NCBI GenBank assembly: GCA_051648825.1
Contig: JBOFFX010000018.1
Location: 26,317-90,316, forward strand
DNA length: 64,000 bases
Direction of reading: 5' to 3'
Source of the DNA: Spirochaetia bacterium
GTDB lineage: Bacteria > Spirochaetota > Spirochaetia > WRBN01
A program made the position numbers and the translations under genes. The stretch's first letter is position 1. Each line of letters begins with the position of its first letter. Shown here piece after piece: positions 46,891 to 56,816 of the stretch. Below the pieces are notes generated by a model. That model searched no databases. It was given only the letters and a program-made list of their open reading frames with translations, and had not been told where the DNA came from.

Positions 46891-47315
46891 TTTCCCTGAC
46901 TATACCCATAGATTTTTTTTAATAATCCCTGAAAGTCCACATCTGTATTTATACTGTGTTTCTTTGGTGGGATTGCAGGTGACTGAACTGAAGAAAACTG
47001 TTCGTTTTTTGTATTTTTTTCTATACTTACATGCAATTTTTCTATCCCTAAGCCCCCATAATCCTTTTTTAGTTTTGCCAAAATCTCAGATTTTTTTAAA
47101 AGAATTAGTTGCATACTGCTTCCATCTCTGGAGGCAATAAAAATTGTTCCATTTTTAATGTCTATTACCTTGGTTTGCTCAAATAGTTTATCCCCCACAA
47201 TGCCGACCCACCCACGAAAAATAGTCCCTTTAGTTTCTCCCTTTTTTGAAATATCATTCAAAATGAGTGGTAAAATATTTTTTGGTGTGGAAAATTCTGT
47301 GTCTTGTTCGTTCAT
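46887..47315 (-). CDS. DUF721 (DciA-like) protein
   Basis: 142 aa immediately downstream of recF with overlapping stop and start. Its pattern is typical of DUF721: W..IVG..L...T....I..G.L.I...... Confidence 0.65.
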   Translation of the reverse strand: MNEQDTEFSTPKNILPLILNDISKKGETKGTIFRGWVGIVGDKLFEQTKVIDIKNGTIFIASRDGSSMQLILLKKSEILAKLKKDYGGLGIEKLHVSIEKNTKNEQFSSVQSPAIPPKKHSINTDVDFQGLLKKIYGYSQGK

Positions 47316-48382
47316 GGCTCTATTAATTTCCCATTTTTTACTTGATAAATTAGTGGTGATGAAACAGGGATGTGTGCATATTCTTGTGTCAAAAATGTAA
47401 AAAATGCTTGATCATATGGTGGTAAATAACTCAGAAATTGTGCCCGTAAATCATGTGTCAGCTCCAAAAATATATCATCTAAGAGTAATATAGGCTTTCT
47501 TTGGCTTTGTTGATAAAAAAGTTGTGTGGCTGATGTTTTTAGTGATAATGCCAAAAGTCGCTTTTGACCCAAAGAGAGATAATGTTCTGCATCATTTTCT
47601 TGATAAATAAAGGTATAGCGATCTCGATGTGGTCCATGTAGTGTTAACCCTTGTTTCAATTCCTGATCTTTTTTTTGATCAAAAATTTTCAAAATATGAT
47701 CCTCATCCAATATTTTCCAGTGTGGCTGATACTCTATTAAAATTTCTAATCCAGCAACCTCTTTCATTAATGGAGAAAATAAGGATTTAAATAGTTTAAT
47801 CATTTTTTGGCGTTCTTGCACCAAAATTAGTCCCATCTTGATTAATTGTTGAGTATAGATAGGAAGTAAATCTAATTGCCTCGTTCTCAGACTTAAATTT
47901 CTTTCTTTGAGAATTTTTTTGTATTGGCGCAAGTAATCAATAAATGTTGGATTAATTAAACTTAAAATTTGATCAAAAAAACGTCTGCGTCGTTCCATTG
48001 TGCCATCGATAAGTAATAAATCATCGTATAAAAATGGTATACAGGGAAATTGTGCCACCAATTCTTTTCGATCCCGCAATTCTCGCCCATTAAAAATAAT
48101 ACGTTTATGCTTTTTAGCCCAGGATACTCCCAGTTTATCCTGATAGCTTTGATTTTCTTGTGTGAACTCACCAAATAAAACAAAAGCATCCTGCCCTATT
48201 TGACATATGGCATCTTCTTTTTGCTCACGAAAGCTCGAAGAAAAAATTAAATAATAAATTGCTTCTATGAAACTCGTCTTACCTTGCCCATTATCTCCAC
48301 ACAACACAATATGACGATCTTGCAAAGAAACTTTTTGCATAAGAAGGTTTCGAAAATTTTCAATCTTAATATAATTTAACAC
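47312..48382 (-). CDS. recF: DNA replication and repair protein RecF
   Basis: 356 aa with Walker A GDNGQGKTS, the signature-like block LSLGQKRLLALSL and Walker B ILLLDD. Confidence 0.92.
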   Translation of the reverse strand: MLNYIKIENFRNLLMQKVSLQDRHIVLCGDNGQGKTSFIEAIYYLIFSSSFREQKEDAICQIGQDAFVLFGEFTQENQSYQDKLGVSWAKKHKRIIFNGRELRDRKELVAQFPCIPFLYDDLLLIDGTMERRRRFFDQILSLINPTFIDYLRQYKKILKERNLSLRTRQLDLLPIYTQQLIKMGLILVQERQKMIKLFKSLFSPLMKEVAGLEILIEYQPHWKILDEDHILKIFDQKKDQELKQGLTLHGPHRDRYTFIYQENDAEHYLSLGQKRLLALSLKTSATQLFYQQSQRKPILLLDDIFLELTHDLRAQFLSYLPPYDQAFFTFLTQEYAHIPVSSPLIYQVKNGKLIEP

Positions 48383-48398
48383 AAACGAAAAAAATAGC

Positions 48399-49508
48399 CT
48401 AATCTAGCTGCATAGGCATCACAACGTGGAGACTCTTCTCTTCTGATGCTGGACGAAGTGTAATCGCATGATTTGCGTCTGTAAACTCAAATATAAATAA
48501 TGGTGAGTCCATTACCATCAGAGGTTCACGTAAATAGTGGTGATTTAATGCCAATATGACGGCATCTCCTTGATACTGACAAGGAATTTCTTCATGAATT
48601 CCCCCCACTTGATTATCTTCTGCTACCATTTCTAGTTTTGCATCAGAAAAATTTAACTGAATTCTACTGGATTTATCATCAGAAAAAATTGCTGTTCTTT
48701 TGAGTCCATCAATAAAATCATTTTTATTAAACTCTATTTGATAGGTCTGTGTTTCTGGAATGACTCGCTCAAAACTAGGAAATGCACCATCTATGAGGGT
48801 CCCAGAGATTTTTGTATTATCAAACTGCGCAAAAATTGTTTTATCTGAGAGTGACAATGCCAATTCTCCTTCACCACAAGCTAAATCTTTGATGATAGTT
48901 AAAAATTTAGGATGAATAATCACCCCAGAGAAATCTGGTATCGACGATTCTGGTTGTGTATGAATAATAGATAACCGCCGTCCATCGGTGGCAACCATAG
49001 TCAATTGTTGGTTTTCTTTTTTCAAAAATACACCATTCATAAATATACGTGTTTCATCTTTCGAAACAGAAAAAAATGTTTGATTAATCATTGTAATAAA
49101 ATCTTTTTGCAAAAGACGAAAATATGTTGTACCCTCAGGCTCTTCTGTCAAAGGAAAACTTTCTGTAGATTGCCAACGTAATTCAATTTTTAGACCTGCT
49201 TTATTAAGCGGAACAATACAAAATTTATCATCTTGCACAGAAAATTCAATTTCTGTATTAGGTAAATTTTTGACTATATTAAAAAATTTATCTGCAAAAA
49301 CTGCAATTTTTCCTTGAGAAAAAACTTTAACTGGTATTTGTGTTTCAAATCTCAATCGTGCATCAGAAGCATGAATTATTAACACGTCATCTTTTGCTTC
49401 TAGCACAATATTAGATAAAATTGTAATATTATTCTTAATACTAATAATTTTTTGTGTGGCTGCAAGTTCTTTCATTAACACATCTTTTTGACATACAAAT
49501 TTAATCAT
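48399..49508 (-). CDS. dnaN: DNA polymerase III beta sliding clamp
   Basis: 369 aa with the three-domain clamp pattern and the C-terminus MPMQLD. It sits between dnaA and recF. Confidence 0.92.
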   Translation of the reverse strand: MIKFVCQKDVLMKELAATQKIISIKNNITILSNIVLEAKDDVLIIHASDARLRFETQIPVKVFSQGKIAVFADKFFNIVKNLPNTEIEFSVQDDKFCIVPLNKAGLKIELRWQSTESFPLTEEPEGTTYFRLLQKDFITMINQTFFSVSKDETRIFMNGVFLKKENQQLTMVATDGRRLSIIHTQPESSIPDFSGVIIHPKFLTIIKDLACGEGELALSLSDKTIFAQFDNTKISGTLIDGAFPSFERVIPETQTYQIEFNKNDFIDGLKRTAIFSDDKSSRIQLNFSDAKLEMVAEDNQVGGIHEEIPCQYQGDAVILALNHHYLREPLMVMDSPLFIFEFTDANHAITLRPASEEKSLHVVMPMQLD

Positions 49509-49759
49509 TTATTACCTCATACAAATTTTATAAACAGTTCTTATTAATAATAATATATATTTAGTCATAGTAATAATAAGCTTATTATTAGTGTGCATAT
49601 CCTACTTAATTCTTTGTATTATAACAATTTAAATAGTGGATAAATAACTAGTAATTTGAATACCTTTATCCACATTATACAAAAAAATTATGGCATATGC
49701 CTATAATTTTAAAACTTATCCCATTTATTTTTTCTTTGTACACTCCTTGTCCACATTCA
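49509..49759. other. oriC segment in the dnaA-dnaN spacer (very AT-rich, DnaA boxes)
   Basis: One perfect TTATCCACA (49666-49674). One-mismatch boxes are agtggataa (49635-49643, minus-strand sense TTATCCACT) and TTGTCCACA (49747-49755). A long AT-rich run spans 49530-49630. Confidence 0.7.
49666..49674 (+). promoter_or_regulatory. DnaA box, perfect consensus TTATCCACA
   Basis: Exact 9-mer read directly from the sequence. Confidence 0.8.
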
Positions 49760-51160
49760 TTATATAGGATCTTGATGCTCTCTGACAGATCTAATTAAAC
49801 TTTGTATCATGGCATCTAGGGTGGGATCGGTCACCTTTAAATCACTAATTTTTTGTAAAGCATGCATAACAGTGGTGTGATCACGTCCCCCAAATTCTAG
49901 TCCTATTTCTGTAATAGGAAAATCTGTCATTTCACGACAAATATGCATAGCCAATTGCCTGGGATAAACAATAGATTTATTACGTTTTTTTCCTTTTAAA
50001 TCATTGAGTGAGACATTAAAATATTCAGAAATAACACGTTGTATACGTGCAATAGAAACAACTGTAGTGGTTTGTGCCCCTGTACTTACTTTTAATCTCT
50101 CCTGAGAGAGCTCTAGTGTAACTTCTTTACCTGTAAGATCTGCATAAGCGTGGATATTTGTAATAGCAGATTCTAGGTCACGCACATTTGTTTTGATTGT
50201 TTCTGCGATCAACTCAATAACATCATTAGGAAATGATGTATTAAAATCTTGTAATTTCTTTTGAATAATAGCGACTTTTGTTTCAAAATTTGGTGTGTGT
50301 AAATCTATCATAACAGCACGCTCAAAACGACTCTTCAGGCGTTCACTAATAGATTTTAGCTCAGAAATAGGTCTATCACAGGTAAAGACAATTTGTTTTT
50401 TTCCATCATATAGATCATTAAAAGTATGAAATAATTCTTCTTGAGAGGCTTCTTTTTTCTTAAATGAGTGTATATCATCCATCAACAAAACATCAGCATT
50501 TCTATATCTTTGGCGAAAAGCTGTCGCTTTGGCTTGGGAATCGTTAATGCCGCTGATAAATTCTGTATAAAATTGTTCTGCAGTCACGTAGATAATTTTT
50601 AATTTTGGATTATGTTCAAAAATATAATTACCAATAGCCTGCAATAAATGCGTTTTTCCTAGGCCGACACCACCATAAATCAGACAAGGATTGTATTTTG
50701 TTCCAGGAGACTTTGCAATGGCAAATGTGGCTCTTTGAGCAAACTGATTACTATCACCTGTGACAAAATTTTCAAAAGAGTAGTGATCTCGTAGCCCATC
50801 GGGGCGTTTGTAGGCTTTTTTTTGATCTTCAGAATCTATGTTTTTCGCGGTAGATATATTATTTTTTTTTGAATTTTCTTCTAACTTTTCTATTTTTTCA
50901 CCCAAAATAAATGTGACACGAATGGGGGTGCCTTCCATTTCTGAAACTTGGCGTGCGATTTCTTCTTGATAAAGCTCATTAAAACGATCTTTGTAGTATA
51001 AGGAGGGAGTTTTCAACACAAGCTCAGCATTTTTCAAACCAACAACTTGCATACGTGAGAGGCAGGTATTTTCTTCATCTTCAGAGAGAATTCCTTTGAT
51101 TCGAAGTTGTTTAATGACTTCTTGTAGCATAGAACTATCAAAGAACATAGAGATTGCCAA
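49760..51160 (-). CDS. dnaA: chromosomal replication initiator DnaA
   Basis: 466 aa with the AAA+ Walker A GGVGLGKTHL, Walker B LLMDDIH, the sensor/box VII region and the domain IV block GGRDHTTVMHA. The ORF-track start is a TTG; in-frame ATGs at 51148 and 51130 are alternatives. Confidence 0.95.
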   Translation of the reverse strand: MAISMFFDSSMLQEVIKQLRIKGILSEDEENTCLSRMQVVGLKNAELVLKTPSLYYKDRFNELYQEEIARQVSEMEGTPIRVTFILGEKIEKLEENSKKNNISTAKNIDSEDQKKAYKRPDGLRDHYSFENFVTGDSNQFAQRATFAIAKSPGTKYNPCLIYGGVGLGKTHLLQAIGNYIFEHNPKLKIIYVTAEQFYTEFISGINDSQAKATAFRQRYRNADVLLMDDIHSFKKKEASQEELFHTFNDLYDGKKQIVFTCDRPISELKSISERLKSRFERAVMIDLHTPNFETKVAIIQKKLQDFNTSFPNDVIELIAETIKTNVRDLESAITNIHAYADLTGKEVTLELSQERLKVSTGAQTTTVVSIARIQRVISEYFNVSLNDLKGKKRNKSIVYPRQLAMHICREMTDFPITEIGLEFGGRDHTTVMHALQKISDLKVTDPTLDAMIQSLIRSVREHQDPI

Positions 51161-51273
51161 CCCTTTGAAAATAGAATTTTATTGATTTTTTAAAAAAATA
51201 TCATATGAACACACACAAATAGAGAATGCTTTAGGAGCTAGGCTAAAATAGGGTATGATCAAAAAAAAAAAAT

Positions 51274-51624
51274 TTATGCGGCTAAAAAATTGATAGCCAA
51301 ACCACTATCATTATGAGAAGATGAACCACAAAAAGCAGTACTACGGTGTACAACCATGTTATACAACTCATGTGTATGATTTCTCCAAAAGTCTACCTGT
51401 TTTTGATCATAGACAGGATTAGCATTACTGAGCCTTTCATAAGAGACCTTCTTTTTTTCTAGTTCCCTCACATGAGAAATAGCTTCTGTGGGCAAATCAG
51501 AGGTAGCACCCATATTCATACCATGATTGTAGGCATTCAAACGTCGTTTTGTTTCATAAACAGGCTTAGTCTCACGACTAGAAATCCATGAGTTTGTTGA
51601 AAAGATATACTTAATAAATGACAT
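51274..51624 (-). CDS. hypothetical small protein (116 aa) ending in ...NFLAA
   Basis: ATG with GGGAG 7 nt upstream. A 12-nt T-run on the coding strand starts 1 nt after the stop. I recognise no family. It lies between dnaA and the upstream DnaA-box cluster. Confidence 0.55.
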   Translation of the reverse strand: MSFIKYIFSTNSWISSRETKPVYETKRRLNAYNHGMNMGATSDLPTEAISHVRELEKKKVSYERLSNANPVYDQKQVDFWRNHTHELYNMVVHRSTAFCGSSSHNDSGLAINFLAA

Positions 51625-51708
51625 TGGTACTCTCCCTCTTTCCCTAGAATCGGATCAATGGTGAGAAAAATATAAGTTTTTATAACAAAAATACAGACTA
51701 CTCTCAGA

Positions 51709-51717
51709 TTATCCACA
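51709..51717 (+). promoter_or_regulatory. DnaA box, perfect consensus TTATCCACA
   Basis: Exact 9-mer read directly from the sequence. Confidence 0.8.
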
Positions 51718-51745
51718 GGATATACATATTTAACAGAAAGCCTCT

Positions 51746-51754
51746 TGTGGATAA
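51746..51754 (-). promoter_or_regulatory. DnaA box, perfect consensus (tgtggataa on the plus strand)
   Basis: Exact reverse complement of TTATCCACA. Confidence 0.8.
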
Positions 51755-51889
51755 ATTGAGGAGTTACACTATGAATAAAATAAAAAAATATAGCCTAAAA
51801 ATCAGTTTTTTCCAAATAAAAGTGCGAAAATTCTATGTTTTAAAAATAAAGTCTAAAGTTTTTTCAATTCGAAAATAAAATAAAAAAAG

Positions 51890-51898
51890 TTATCCACA
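51890..51898 (+). promoter_or_regulatory. DnaA box, perfect consensus TTATCCACA
   Basis: Exact 9-mer, followed immediately by the near-box TTATACACA. Confidence 0.8.
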
Positions 51899-51982
51899 AT
51901 TTATACACACAGAGATTTAAAAATAAAGAAAAGACTATTTTAATATCACAAAAGATACACTTTATTTGTATTGAGGGATTTT

Positions 51983-52669
51983 TTACCAGTTTATGGGTGC
52001 TTTTTTTTGGCAGATTAAAAATTCATTCGCTTTAGAAAAGCATCCGCAACCCACAAATGCTGAGCGTGAGAGTGGGGAGGGGTGTGGAGTCTTGAGAATA
52101 AGATGAGCATTATCATAAATAATAGATTCCTTTTTTTGTGCCTCTTTCCCCCATAAAAAGAAAAACAATCCATGTTTTTTTTCGCTAATATAAGCAATGA
52201 GATGATCGGTAAAACCCTCCCACCCTAGTTTGTGGTGTGAGAGTGGCAGGTTCTCTTCGACAGTTAAAAAACTATTGATCAAGAAGATTCCCTGTTTAGC
52301 CCAGTGAGAAATATCTCCATGGGGTTGTATGGGCGCTCCTGTGGTGCGTGCAACTTCTTTGAGGATATTACGTAAGGAAGGGGTAATTTTTTGATCGCAG
52401 GGCAAGCTGAATGCAAGTCCACAAGCTTGCCTTGGTCCATGATAAGGATCTTGCCCGATTAAGACACCGTGTATTTTTTCTAGGGGTGTCAGGATAAATG
52501 CATTCCAAATCATATGTTTGGGGGGGTAAATAACTTTTTTTTCATAAAGATCAATCACTTGATAAATAAGAGAAATAAATTCTACATTTTTTAATTCTTT
52601 ACAAAAAAATGTACGCCAACTTGTGGGAATCTTTATATTAAATATAGCTTCAAACTCATTTAAATTCAT
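51983..52669 (-). CDS. ung: uracil-DNA glycosylase (family 1)
   Basis: 228 aa with GQDPYHGPRQACGLAFS and HPSPLS motifs. Confidence 0.93.
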   Translation of the reverse strand: MNLNEFEAIFNIKIPTSWRTFFCKELKNVEFISLIYQVIDLYEKKVIYPPKHMIWNAFILTPLEKIHGVLIGQDPYHGPRQACGLAFSLPCDQKITPSLRNILKEVARTTGAPIQPHGDISHWAKQGIFLINSFLTVEENLPLSHHKLGWEGFTDHLIAYISEKKHGLFFFLWGKEAQKKESIIYDNAHLILKTPHPSPLSRSAFVGCGCFSKANEFLICQKKAPINW

Positions 52670-53446
52670 CTAGAGGATCCCGCTATAAGATAGATGAAAT
52701 AAATCAGCAAAACAGCGATATTCTTCACTACGTTGCATGCTGGTTTGATAAAGTTTCCCCTGTCCCACAATCGATGGATGTGCAATAAGTTCTAGTTCTT
52801 TTGCCAATTTAATTCCAGCTTCTTGCACAAAGTCCAACAAAATAATATTGGGCAAGAGCATGGCTAATTCATTTTTGAGATGTGAAAAATGGGTGCAAGA
52901 AAGCATAAGTGTATGAATGTTTTTTGACTGTATATCTTTAGCAAAAGGTTTAAGGAATACTAACTTTTCTTCATGTGAAGAAGAAATCCAGTGGTATTCA
53001 ATAAAATCGACTAAAGTACTAGCAGGAAAAAAGTGTAGATCTATTTTTTGAAGCGATGGTTGTGAAATCAGGCACCGTACAGATGCTTCTGTTGCCAAGA
53101 TGCCAATAGGTTTGGAATAGGTTTCTATGGCAGGCGCATTAAGAATCGGTTGAACACCTAGCACAGGGCAGTCAAAATTTTCTTTAAATATATCATATCC
53201 TACCAGCGTCGCTGTATTGCAAGAAATAACAACAGCTTGGGGGTTTAATATAGAATGAATATGTTTTGCATATGGAAGAAAGATAGACTCTAGTTCATGG
53301 CGTGTTTTTTTTCCATATGGGAAATTTGCTGAGTCAGCAACATAGACATAGGTATAGTTGGGATATTGATTGCGCACAAATTCTAAATATTTGAGCCCAC
53401 CAATGCCAGAGTCTATAAAGACGATTGGACGAGAATAACTTTCCAT
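52670..53446 (-). CDS. murI: glutamate racemase
   Basis: 258 aa with the DSGIGGL N-terminus and the two catalytic Cys blocks ISCNTAT and LSCTHFS. Confidence 0.92.
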   Translation of the reverse strand: MESYSRPIVFIDSGIGGLKYLEFVRNQYPNYTYVYVADSANFPYGKKTRHELESIFLPYAKHIHSILNPQAVVISCNTATLVGYDIFKENFDCPVLGVQPILNAPAIETYSKPIGILATEASVRCLISQPSLQKIDLHFFPASTLVDFIEYHWISSSHEEKLVFLKPFAKDIQSKNIHTLMLSCTHFSHLKNELAMLLPNIILLDFVQEAGIKLAKELELIAHPSIVGQGKLYQTSMQRSEEYRCFADLFHLSYSGIL

Positions 53447-53548
53447 CGACTACAGATAGTAGTATTTTTTAAAACTTTTTACTAGAGATGCATAAGTTTG
53501 GCTAGAGAAATCTTGATTTATCAAAGTTAAAAATGATAGCCTTTTTCT

Positions 53549-54337
53549 ATGAACAACAAGAATCCACTATTTTCGATTATTTCTATCAACTTTAATGATG
53601 TTGTAGGTATTAAACGCACCATAGAAAGTGTTCTCAATCAAGATTTCCATGATTTTGAGCACATCATTATTGATGGTGCTTCTACAGATGGCAGTGTGGA
53701 TGTGATTCGTACATATCAAAACCAATATGATACAGGGCAACTAAAGTGGGTTTCTGAAAAAGACAATGGAATTTACCATGCAATGAATAAAGGCCTGAAA
53801 ATGGCGCGCGGGCAGTTTGTGAATATGCTTAATGGTGGCGATTGGTATTGTGGCAATGCACTTTCGATTATTGCACAACATATAGAAACAATGCCTGATA
53901 TAAGTGTTTTTGGTGCAATTGAAAAGTTATGGGAAGCACGTGATGCCCAACTAATTCCTGTGCAAGTAGTGCAAATGTATCCGGCATTGTTAAACTGCAG
54001 GGTGATGTATCATCAGGCACTATTTTTTGCCAGGTCTTTACATGATAGGTATGGTTTGTATAGAGAAGATCTGAGCCTGGCCAGTGATCAAGCATTTATT
54101 ATGGAAATTTTTGTTAAAAACAAGACAAGTTTTTATCTCATAGAAAATGTATTAGTTAATTTTTTACGTGGTGGGCGTGGTGATCGTGGCGGGATAGAGC
54201 TTATGCAACTATATGATGAGTATTTTCCAAAAAAGACAACATTATCACTGTGGTGCAAAAATTTTATTAAAAATTTTCTTCCATATGGATTTGTGATATG
54301 GTTTTGGACCAAGTACAAAAAAGAACGTCCAGAATAG
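53549..54337 (+). CDS. glycosyltransferase family 2
   Basis: 262 aa with a GT-A N-terminus (FSIISINFND, IIIDGASTDGS, EKDNGIYHAMNKG). Confidence 0.8.
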   Translation: MNNKNPLFSIISINFNDVVGIKRTIESVLNQDFHDFEHIIIDGASTDGSVDVIRTYQNQYDTGQLKWVSEKDNGIYHAMNKGLKMARGQFVNMLNGGDWYCGNALSIIAQHIETMPDISVFGAIEKLWEARDAQLIPVQVVQMYPALLNCRVMYHQALFFARSLHDRYGLYREDLSLASDQAFIMEIFVKNKTSFYLIENVLVNFLRGGRGDRGGIELMQLYDEYFPKKTTLSLWCKNFIKNFLPYGFVIWFWTKYKKERPE

Positions 54338-54340
54338 GGG

Positions 54341-55645
54341 TTAGCGCCCCATGCCTACATAGTGAAACCCCATGGACAAGAGGCGATCTTTTGCCAGGCA
54401 ATTGCGTGCATCAAAAATATGATTGGCCCGCATAATCGTTTTAACTTTTTCAAAATCAGCATATAAAAATTCAGACCATTCTGTAAGAATCAGTAATGCA
54501 TCTGCATTTTCTAGTGCATCATAGGGATCGTTTGCATAGTAAACCTGGGGTGTTTCTTTGATGATTTTTTTAAACACAGGCATTGCTTTTGGATCATAAA
54601 GGTGCACTTTTGCTTGGACTCCTAGGAGCTCTTTTACAATGTATAATGCAGGGGCCTCTCGGATGTCATCAGTTTCTGGTTTGAATGCGAGCCCCCAGAT
54701 AGCAATATTTTTTTCGTGTAAATGATTTATTGTTTGGTGAATTTTGGCTAAAAATCGCTCTCTTTGGCGATTGTTGACAAATAATACCTCGCGCAACATG
54801 CCAAAATGAATACCCACTAGTTCACCTGTACGAATAAATGCGGCAAGATCTTTAGGGAAACAGCTACCCCCAAAGCCAATGCCAGCTTTTAGAAAAGAAG
54901 GGCCAATACGTTGATCCATCCCCATTCCGCGGGTCACATCATCAATATCTGCATGGGTTTTTTCACATAGCTCAGCCAACATATTGGCATAGCTAATTTT
55001 GAGAGCCAGAAAGTTATTGCTCGCCTGTTTGATGAGTTCTGCACTGGCAGTGCTTGTTTTGACAATAGGGATGCCTTTTTTTGTATAGGAGCGGTAGAGA
55101 TCTGCAAGCAAAACATGGGCACGTTCTGAGTCTGCCCCAATAACAATGCGATCGGGGTGCTGAAAATCTTCTAGGGCTTTTCCTTCACGCAAAAATTCGG
55201 GATTGCTAGCAACATCAAAAAGTGATTTTTTCTGAGTTTCTTTCAAAAGTGCAAGGATTTTTTTATGAGTTTCAACTGGCACAGTAGATTTTTCTACGAT
55301 CAAAAGATAGTCTTTTGCATATTTTGCAAGTTCTGCAGAAGCAGAGAATACCTGGGATAAATCAGCTTGCCCATCGGGACCCTCTGGTGTGCCCACACAC
55401 AGGATTGCAATTTGGCTATGTGTGGCTGCAAGTTTTATTTGACTGACAAACTGGAGTGTGCCTTGTTGCAATACATGTGCCAGCAGTTGCTCAAGGCCAG
55501 GTTCATAAATAGGGACATCACCTTTTTTTAGTGCATTCAAACGTGCGGGATTTTTCTCTACACACAAGACATTATGTCCTGCATCTGCAAGGCATACTGC
55601 AGCTACCAGCCCCACATAACCAGCACCAATAATAGAAACATTCAT
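54341..55645 (-). CDS. ugd: UDP-glucose 6-dehydrogenase
   Basis: The ATG at 55645 gives the Rossmann N-terminus MNVSIIGAGYVGLV. The catalytic block is GFGGSCFPKD. The ORF-track start at 55792 adds an implausible 49-aa extension. Confidence 0.9.
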   Translation of the reverse strand: MNVSIIGAGYVGLVAAVCLADAGHNVLCVEKNPARLNALKKGDVPIYEPGLEQLLAHVLQQGTLQFVSQIKLAATHSQIAILCVGTPEGPDGQADLSQVFSASAELAKYAKDYLLIVEKSTVPVETHKKILALLKETQKKSLFDVASNPEFLREGKALEDFQHPDRIVIGADSERAHVLLADLYRSYTKKGIPIVKTSTASAELIKQASNNFLALKISYANMLAELCEKTHADIDDVTRGMGMDQRIGPSFLKAGIGFGGSCFPKDLAAFIRTGELVGIHFGMLREVLFVNNRQRERFLAKIHQTINHLHEKNIAIWGLAFKPETDDIREAPALYIVKELLGVQAKVHLYDPKAMPVFKKIIKETPQVYYANDPYDALENADALLILTEWSEFLYADFEKVKTIMRANHIFDARNCLAKDRLLSMGFHYVGMGR

Positions 55646-55826
55646 GTCCACGATCTTAAAGTGGAAGAGACAATTTATCAAGTGATTTATATGAGAAATA
55701 GGGATAATTCTGCGTCTCCCCAAGCATTTATATTGCTTAGAGAGGAAAAAAAAATTACAATAGAAAGCCATTGTTGGTAGTTTTTTCAGCACAATAGTAT
55801 TTAATTTTTTTTAAAAGGAGCAACAA

Positions 55827-56816
55827 ATGCGTATCGCACCAGTAGTGATCTTTGTTTATAATCGTCCTATACATACAAAAAAAACAATACAGGCTTTGTT
55901 GCAAAATTCGCTTGCCCAGATGACAGATTGCTATATTTTTGCAGATGGGCCGAGGATTTTCGAAGATAAGACAAAAAATGCTAGAAATCAAAAAGATATA
56001 CACGAAGTGAGAGATTTTATTGCCAATATTGAGGGGTTTAAAAGTATTCAAATTGAATATAGTGATGAAAACAGGGGCCTGGCAAGGTCGATTGTGCATG
56101 GTGTGACAAAAGTCGTCAATACGCATGGAAAGGTAATTGTAGTAGAAGATGATATTATTACGACAAAAGAATTTTTGGGGTATATGAATGAAGCATTAGA
56201 ATTGTATGAAAGAGAAAATCGTGTGGGAGCTATTTGTGGATATATGTATCCTTTGGCCAAAGAATTGCCACAGACACTGTTTGTAAAAAATTTTTTATGT
56301 TGGGGATGGGCGACTTGGAGTGATCGCTGGGAGGTTTTTAATCCCAATGGGCAAGTATTGTTGGATCAAATAGAAAATCAAGATCGTACAAAAGAATTTG
56401 ATATAGATGGATCATATTTTTTTACACAAATGTTACGAGACCAGATTAGTGGGCACAACAATTCTTGGGCGATTCGTTATGCGGCAACGCTTTTTTTGAG
56501 CAATTATTTATGTTTGTGCCCAGGGGTTTCTCTTATTAATAATATTGGATTTGATGGCACAGGTACACACAGTGGAAAATTCGCAAGTGCTTATGAGATT
56601 AAGAAAAAATCACCCTTTTCTTTGCCCATAGAGAAAATACTGGTTGTAGAAAATTTGCATGCAAGAAAAGCTATCTATCATTTCTTTAAAAAGATAAAAA
56701 ATCAGATCAATCGAAAGAAATTTTGGCACGATCTTCCTTTCAAACTCGCAAAAAAATGCCTGCCTGTCAGGGTGTATCAATATATAAAAATCTCGATCAA
56801 AAAGCACATGAACTAG
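55827..56816 (+). CDS. putative GT-A fold glycosyltransferase
   Basis: 329 aa. The N-terminus [20 protein letters not shown] and the VVEDDI acidic motif resemble GT-A (GnT-I-like/GT2-like) enzymes. The family is not firmly recognised. Confidence 0.5.
   Translation: MRIAPVVIFVYNRPIHTKKTIQALLQNSLAQMTDCYIFADGPRIFEDKTKNARNQKDIHEVRDFIANIEGFKSIQIEYSDENRGLARSIVHGVTKVVNTHGKVIVVEDDIITTKEFLGYMNEALELYERENRVGAICGYMYPLAKELPQTLFVKNFLCWGWATWSDRWEVFNPNGQVLLDQIENQDRTKEFDIDGSYFFTQMLRDQISGHNNSWAIRYAATLFLSNYLCLCPGVSLINNIGFDGTGTHSGKFASAYEIKKKSPFSLPIEKILVVENLHARKAIYHFFKKIKNQINRKKFWHDLPFKLAKKCLPVRVYQYIKISIKKHMN

Larger units (their letters stand above)
51625..51982. other. oriC segment upstream of dnaA (DnaA-box cluster plus AT-rich tract)
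   Basis: Three perfect DnaA boxes (51709-51717 plus strand, 51746-51754 minus strand, 51890-51898 plus strand) and TTATACACA (51901-51909). An extremely AT-rich stretch spans 51770-51890. Confidence 0.75.

Noticed and set aside
55646-56126. The N-terminal 49-aa extension of ugd (to 55792) and the 123-aa minus-strand ORF 55755..56126.
   Set aside because: The Rossmann fold of Ugd begins at the ATG at 55645. The 123-aa ORF overlaps the start of the plus-strand glycosyltransferase and has no recognisable features.
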